This document shows positions 45,840 to 50,085 of a stretch of DNA of 50,085 bases, in pieces. A model generated the notes under the pieces. That model saw only the letters and a list, made by a program, of their open reading frames with translations. It did no database searches and was not told the origin of the DNA. Each line of letters opens with the position of its first letter. Position 1 is the stretch's first letter. The position numbers and the translations under genes are program-made. The stretch lies in sequence record SRR20825010_2634; one strand, 5' to 3'.

Positions 45840-47636
45840 TCACTCCGGGGGTGTATCGATCAACGGATCAAACCGTCGCCAACATCGCACCAACACCCAA
45901 CCCGCAAACGCTGCGGTGCTCCAAACGGCGAGCAACGTTCCGCCAAACGCCGCGGGGCCAACCCAAATAGCCGGCAGCACTCGTTCGCAGAACATCACGT
46001 AGGTGATCAACCCGATCGGTGCGATAGCGAGCATCAACCCTTTCCACAGGAACGTGATCTTCGCGCGGATCACCATGGCAATTCCCTGTGCGTGCACGTG
46101 GTGAGGGAATGCGAGGAACAGTGCGTTCTCGACCGCAAATGTCACCACGGCGAGCGACGGCAACGCGAGGAACAACCAAACAGTTTGCCACGTCGATGGC
46201 GTTGCAAACCACGCTCCCAGTGCCAACGTGCTCCACTGGAACAACACCGTGATCGCGACGGGAACACTCAACATTCCCACACACATCGCGACGTTCCCGA
46301 GAGGCAACGAGCGGACCAAGAACATCCGTTTCAAATCGCGACGAAAATCGATCTGCAAAGCCGGCGGCGCGAGCAACAAGGAGCTCAAAGCAATTCCGCC
46401 GATCACGAACACCCACTGTTTGGTCGTTTGATCGGTGAGCAAAGGCGAAAGAGACAGCGCCATCGGAATCGCGAAACTGACGATCACGTTGGGCAAGTAT
46501 CGACGAACGCATTGCAATTGCCGCACGACCAACCCCGACATCCCACGGTGTCGTTCGGGCAAGCATTTAGCCAACCAATCACCAAATCGCTGGATCCGCG
46601 TCACTTGTGTCGGACGTGATAAAAACTCAACCGTTAACGAGCGATCGCTTGCAACGTTGCTTTCCATCAGTCTTAATCGATGTCGTTCGGTTTCGATCCG
46701 CCGTTTAGCGGACCACGCATCGACGCGGACCAGAGTCTCTGCCAGAACGCAAATGACGGCAATCGCGACCAGGGTCATGAATGCGAGCGATACGACCGGT
46801 GGCAGTGAACCAAAGACGCTCCACGGTTCAGCGGACGCGACCGATGCGGCCGGTAACAAAGCGAATGCCATCGCTTGAATGGCTGTGGATCCCGCGTAGT
46901 TTCCGACCTCGGCCATCGCTGAGAGGACGTAGATCACCGGATCACTTCCGGGCGGTGTGGATTGCCAAATTTGGATGCCGAGCTGAACCACCATCGCCAA
47001 GCCGACAATCAAACTGATCGCGCAACCAAACCGCCGTTCGCTCGGTCGCAAGGCATCGATGCCATGGGTGATAACGCGACGAATCAACTCCAATGCAATC
47101 AGTGCCAGGCAAACTCCTGCCAACAACAATGGCAAAAATTCAGCGTCCCGCCATAGCACCACGCCGAGCAAAGCGGTCTTGGCCAGTGACGATGGGATCG
47201 ACGACATCGCTTCGCGCAATACCATCGTGCGCCGCGAAACAGGACCACCGCCCAACCACAAACGGTCGGCATCGGTCCATGTGACGGCATCGGGTTCCGG
47301 CGATGGTTTGGACCAAAGATGTTTGACGGTGTGATACAGCGCGTAGAGCACCATCCCGCCGGACAACCACAAACGCAGTTGCTCGGGGTCGTTGGCTTCC
47401 CGGCGCGAGAGTAGCGTGAGGCCGGCCACCAAGTACAACGCCATGAACGCGATCGAAAGGATCGATGCGATGGCTTGGCGGGGTGAGAACATCCGCTTCC
47501 AAAACCGCGTCACACGGAATCGGAGCTGGGCACGCGACAGATATCGCAGCCCAGCAAGCGATTCGTCGGGAACCAACCAATCAATCAGGCGGTTTCGTTG
47601 GCCGCCACGAACGGATGTGAATCCTGACGTGGTCAT
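45840..47636 (-). CDS. Putative ABC exporter permease
   Basis: Polytopic (about 12 TMs), DFRRDLKRM motif, start overlaps the ATPase stop (ATGA). Confidence 0.8.
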   Translation of the reverse strand: MTTSGFTSVRGGQRNRLIDWLVPDESLAGLRYLSRAQLRFRVTRFWKRMFSPRQAIASILSIAFMALYLVAGLTLLSRREANDPEQLRLWLSGGMVLYALYHTVKHLWSKPSPEPDAVTWTDADRLWLGGGPVSRRTMVLREAMSSIPSSLAKTALLGVVLWRDAEFLPLLLAGVCLALIALELIRRVITHGIDALRPSERRFGCAISLIVGLAMVVQLGIQIWQSTPPGSDPVIYVLSAMAEVGNYAGSTAIQAMAFALLPAASVASAEPWSVFGSLPPVVSLAFMTLVAIAVICVLAETLVRVDAWSAKRRIETERHRLRLMESNVASDRSLTVEFLSRPTQVTRIQRFGDWLAKCLPERHRGMSGLVVRQLQCVRRYLPNVIVSFAIPMALSLSPLLTDQTTKQWVFVIGGIALSSLLLAPPALQIDFRRDLKRMFLVRSLPLGNVAMCVGMLSVPVAITVLFQWSTLALGAWFATPSTWQTVWLFLALPSLAVVTFAVENALFLAFPHHVHAQGIAMVIRAKITFLWKGLMLAIAPIGLITYVMFCERVLPAIWVGPAAFGGTLLAVWSTAAFAGWVLVRCWRRFDPLIDTPPE

Positions 47637-48484
47637 GAGATGTTGGTCACGGTCGATGCAACCGAATTCGTGGTCACTTGATCGAGTGGGGCTCCCATCG
47701 ATGTCGGTTCCAGATTCGGAACGCCAGGCATGACCACGGTGCTCTCATCGATGCCCGCGTCGCTTTTAACGACAGGTTTCATCGCGGCAAAGAACGCTTC
47801 TTCCAAGGAATTGGTTTCCGGGAATTCCTGACGCAAACCGGTCGTCGTCCCGTGGTATCGCACCAACCCGTTTTGCAGCAACCAAACTTGATCGCATACG
47901 TCCCCGATCATCGCCAACAAGTGACTGCTGACAATCGCGGTGCGTCCAGACCGAACGAACTCACGGACGGACTGCAAAAGAACTCGGATGCCGGGAGGAT
48001 CCAGACCGGTCAATGGCTCGTCCAACAACAAGACCTGAGGCTGAATCAGATACGCGCAGGCCACCGCCAATTTCTGCCGCATGCCTCGCGATAAAGACGT
48101 CACCATCGCGTCGTATTTGCCGAGCAATTCAAATCGCTCGAGCAAATTGATGGCGGTGCGTCGGTGATCTTCGATTTGGTACAACCGAGCAACGAAATCC
48201 AGGTGCTCGCCGACGGTCAAGTCGTCAAACAGTGGCGGATCATCCGGCACGTACGCAATTGTTCTTTTGTGGCGTACCGGATCCGAATCAGGCGAAAAAC
48301 CATTGATTCGAATCTCGCCGGCAGTGGCGGGCAACAACCCCGCCATGCATCGCAAGGTCGTCGTTTTCCCCGCACCGTTGGGACCGACCAACCCGCAGAT
48401 CACCCCAGCAGGGATCGACACCGTCACGTCCTTGACGGCGATCGTATCGTCATAAAGCTTTTGTAAGTGAGTCAGCTCGATCAT
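47633..48484 (-). CDS. ABC transporter ATP-binding protein
   Basis: GPNGAGKTT, LSRGMRQK, LLLDEPLTGLDP and SSH. Confidence 0.95.
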   Translation of the reverse strand: MIELTHLQKLYDDTIAVKDVTVSIPAGVICGLVGPNGAGKTTTLRCMAGLLPATAGEIRINGFSPDSDPVRHKRTIAYVPDDPPLFDDLTVGEHLDFVARLYQIEDHRRTAINLLERFELLGKYDAMVTSLSRGMRQKLAVACAYLIQPQVLLLDEPLTGLDPPGIRVLLQSVREFVRSGRTAIVSSHLLAMIGDVCDQVWLLQNGLVRYHGTTTGLRQEFPETNSLEEAFFAAMKPVVKSDAGIDESTVVMPGVPNLEPTSMGAPLDQVTTNSVASTVTNIS

Positions 48485-48719
48485 CGGCCGGTGCCATGTC
48501 AGGGAAGAACGCCTCTGAAGGACGCTACCCCACGGTGGCTGTCACGGTGGCGAACCTTCGTTTCGGATCCGGCCTCGTTCCCTTAAACGGGACCGGCTAT
48601 GCGTTTTGGCGCGGTTACCACCGGTGGCAACGCCGGTACAGCAATCCGCGCCGCGTTGTCGCCGCCGTGATGAACGAGCTCGCCGCCTCTTCCAAAATCG
48701 TCTCCCTCGTTAGTTTTGC

Positions 48720-50009
48720 ATGTCCCTGAATTCATCCCGACCGATCGCCTCGCCGTACGCTTCCGTCGTTGTTGACGCCGGTCAGCGATCACCGACGGCT
48801 GGCCGATCCGCCTGGGAACCACTGCGTCAACCGATGTTCCGTTTGTTCTGGATCGCATCTCTGGCGTCCAACCTGGGGACATGGATCCACGAGGTCGGTG
48901 CCGGGTGGCTGATGACCACGCTGGATGCGACACCGGAAATGGTTGCCGCCGTTCGAACATCGATGGCGTTGCCGATTGTTTTCCTGGCCATCCCCGCAGG
49001 CGTCCTGGCCGACCGAATCGACAAGCGTCATCTGCTGATTGGAACCCAGTCGATCCTGTTGTTCGTCACCGCGATGCTCGCGGTCAGCACCGCCACCGGA
49101 GTCATCACGGCTTGGGGGCTACTCGCGATGACGTTCATCATCGGTTTGGGCATGGTCGTTCACGTTCCCACTTGGCAATCCGCTATCCCGGAATTGGTTC
49201 CGCGATGGCAAATCAGTCGAGCGGTGGGCCTGGGCAGCATTAGCTTCAATTTGGCCCGCGCCGTCGGTCCAGCCATCGGAGGTGTTCTGATCGCATTGTT
49301 GGGAATCTGGAGCACCTTCGCGATCAATGCCATCTCCTTCGCGGGTGTTCTGACGGTATTGATTCGATGGCAACGCGATACCACTGAAACCAGCCGCGGC
49401 CGATCCTTCCTTTCCTCGATGAGGCAAGGCATCCGCTACGTCGCGTTGAAACGAACGATGCGGCACGTGATGCTGGGAGTGGTCTTGTTCGTTCTGCCCG
49501 GCAGTGCCTTGTGGTCATTGATGCCGCTTTACGCCAAGACCGCGTTGGGCTGGGGTGCCCAGGGATTTGGCATTTTGGTCGCGATGATCGGAGTCGGTGC
49601 CGTCGTTGGCGCGTCCATGCTACCGCGCGTTCGTTCGCGTTTGGGTTCCGATCGAACGATCGCCGCAGCGATGACGCTTTACGCGATTGGTATGTTGACG
49701 CTGAGTTCCGAGCCCGCCTGGCCAATCTTGCTCGCCGCGACGCTATTGATGGGTTGCGGATGGATGGCGACGCTGACGACACTCAACGCCACCGCCCAAA
49801 TCACGTTGCCCAGCCGACTGCGAGCTCGCGGCATGGGTTGTTACCTGACGATGATGGCCGGATCCATGTCGCTGGGATCTTTCGTCTGGGGCCAAACCGC
49901 TGGCGCCATTGGAATGTCCGGAGCAATGCTCGTCTCAGGGATTGCCATGATCGTGACCGCCATGATCAGCCTGCTCTTCCCCCTCGCCGCAACACTCGAC
50001 GACGCCTAA
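48720..50009 (+). CDS. MFS transporter (MFS_3/DHA3-like)
   Basis: FRLFWIASLASNLGTW, AGVLADRIDKR, FNLARAVGPAIGG and LRARGMG. Confidence 0.92.
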   Translation: MSLNSSRPIASPYASVVVDAGQRSPTAGRSAWEPLRQPMFRLFWIASLASNLGTWIHEVGAGWLMTTLDATPEMVAAVRTSMALPIVFLAIPAGVLADRIDKRHLLIGTQSILLFVTAMLAVSTATGVITAWGLLAMTFIIGLGMVVHVPTWQSAIPELVPRWQISRAVGLGSISFNLARAVGPAIGGVLIALLGIWSTFAINAISFAGVLTVLIRWQRDTTETSRGRSFLSSMRQGIRYVALKRTMRHVMLGVVLFVLPGSALWSLMPLYAKTALGWGAQGFGILVAMIGVGAVVGASMLPRVRSRLGSDRTIAAAMTLYAIGMLTLSSEPAWPILLAATLLMGCGWMATLTTLNATAQITLPSRLRARGMGCYLTMMAGSMSLGSFVWGQTAGAIGMSGAMLVSGIAMIVTAMISLLFPLAATLDDA

Positions 50010-50085
50010 GGCAATCGATTCCCCCAACAACGTGACCCCGCCCTAACACACCCCATCAGCCGAAGGACGTTAGTCCCGGTTCTCA

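Noticed and set aside
50053-50083. Possible start of a dispersed repeat (AGCCGAAGGACGTTAGTCCCGGTT)
   Set aside because: Resembles a planctomycete intergenic repeat from memory, but it is at the window edge with no clear second copy here.

Overview
Gene-dense bacterial chromosome segment. The DUF1559 gene end, Gly/Arg-rich EF-hand protein, LRR protein and sigma-factor type point to a planctomycete, probably Rhodopirellula-like (inference from gene content). About 38 CDSs are supported. They include housekeeping and metabolic genes (hisN, DapA-family enzyme, deoxyhypusine synthase family, ald, glgC, nagA/nagB, degP), the flagellar export genes fliP-fliQ-fliR-flhB, scattered exopolysaccharide genes (Wzy/O-antigen ligase, WecG/TagA, Wza-like), c-di-GMP genes (GGDEF, tandem PilZ), and ABC and MFS transporters. 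I saw no rRNA, tRNA, CRISPR array or transposase. The top candidate for an undescribed system is a three-gene minus-strand unit (6832->2420): a Sec-exported Csu/SCPU-like pilin subunit, a strong hairpin, a lipoprotein secretin, and a tandem-duplicated PapD/DUF916-like chaperone, with no usher, ATPase or type IV prepilins nearby. This suggests a secretin-dependent, usher-less fibre. The second candidate is a CarH/LitR-like regulator that has lost both cobalt-ligating histidines, divergent from an alternative sigma factor operon across a helically phased TGAACGTTT operator array. Three apparent pseudoenzymes (SppA, SelA, sulfatase folds) have intact ORFs but lack catalytic residues. All family calls come from motif recognition by eye, not database searches, and many start codons were moved downstream of the ORF-track starts.
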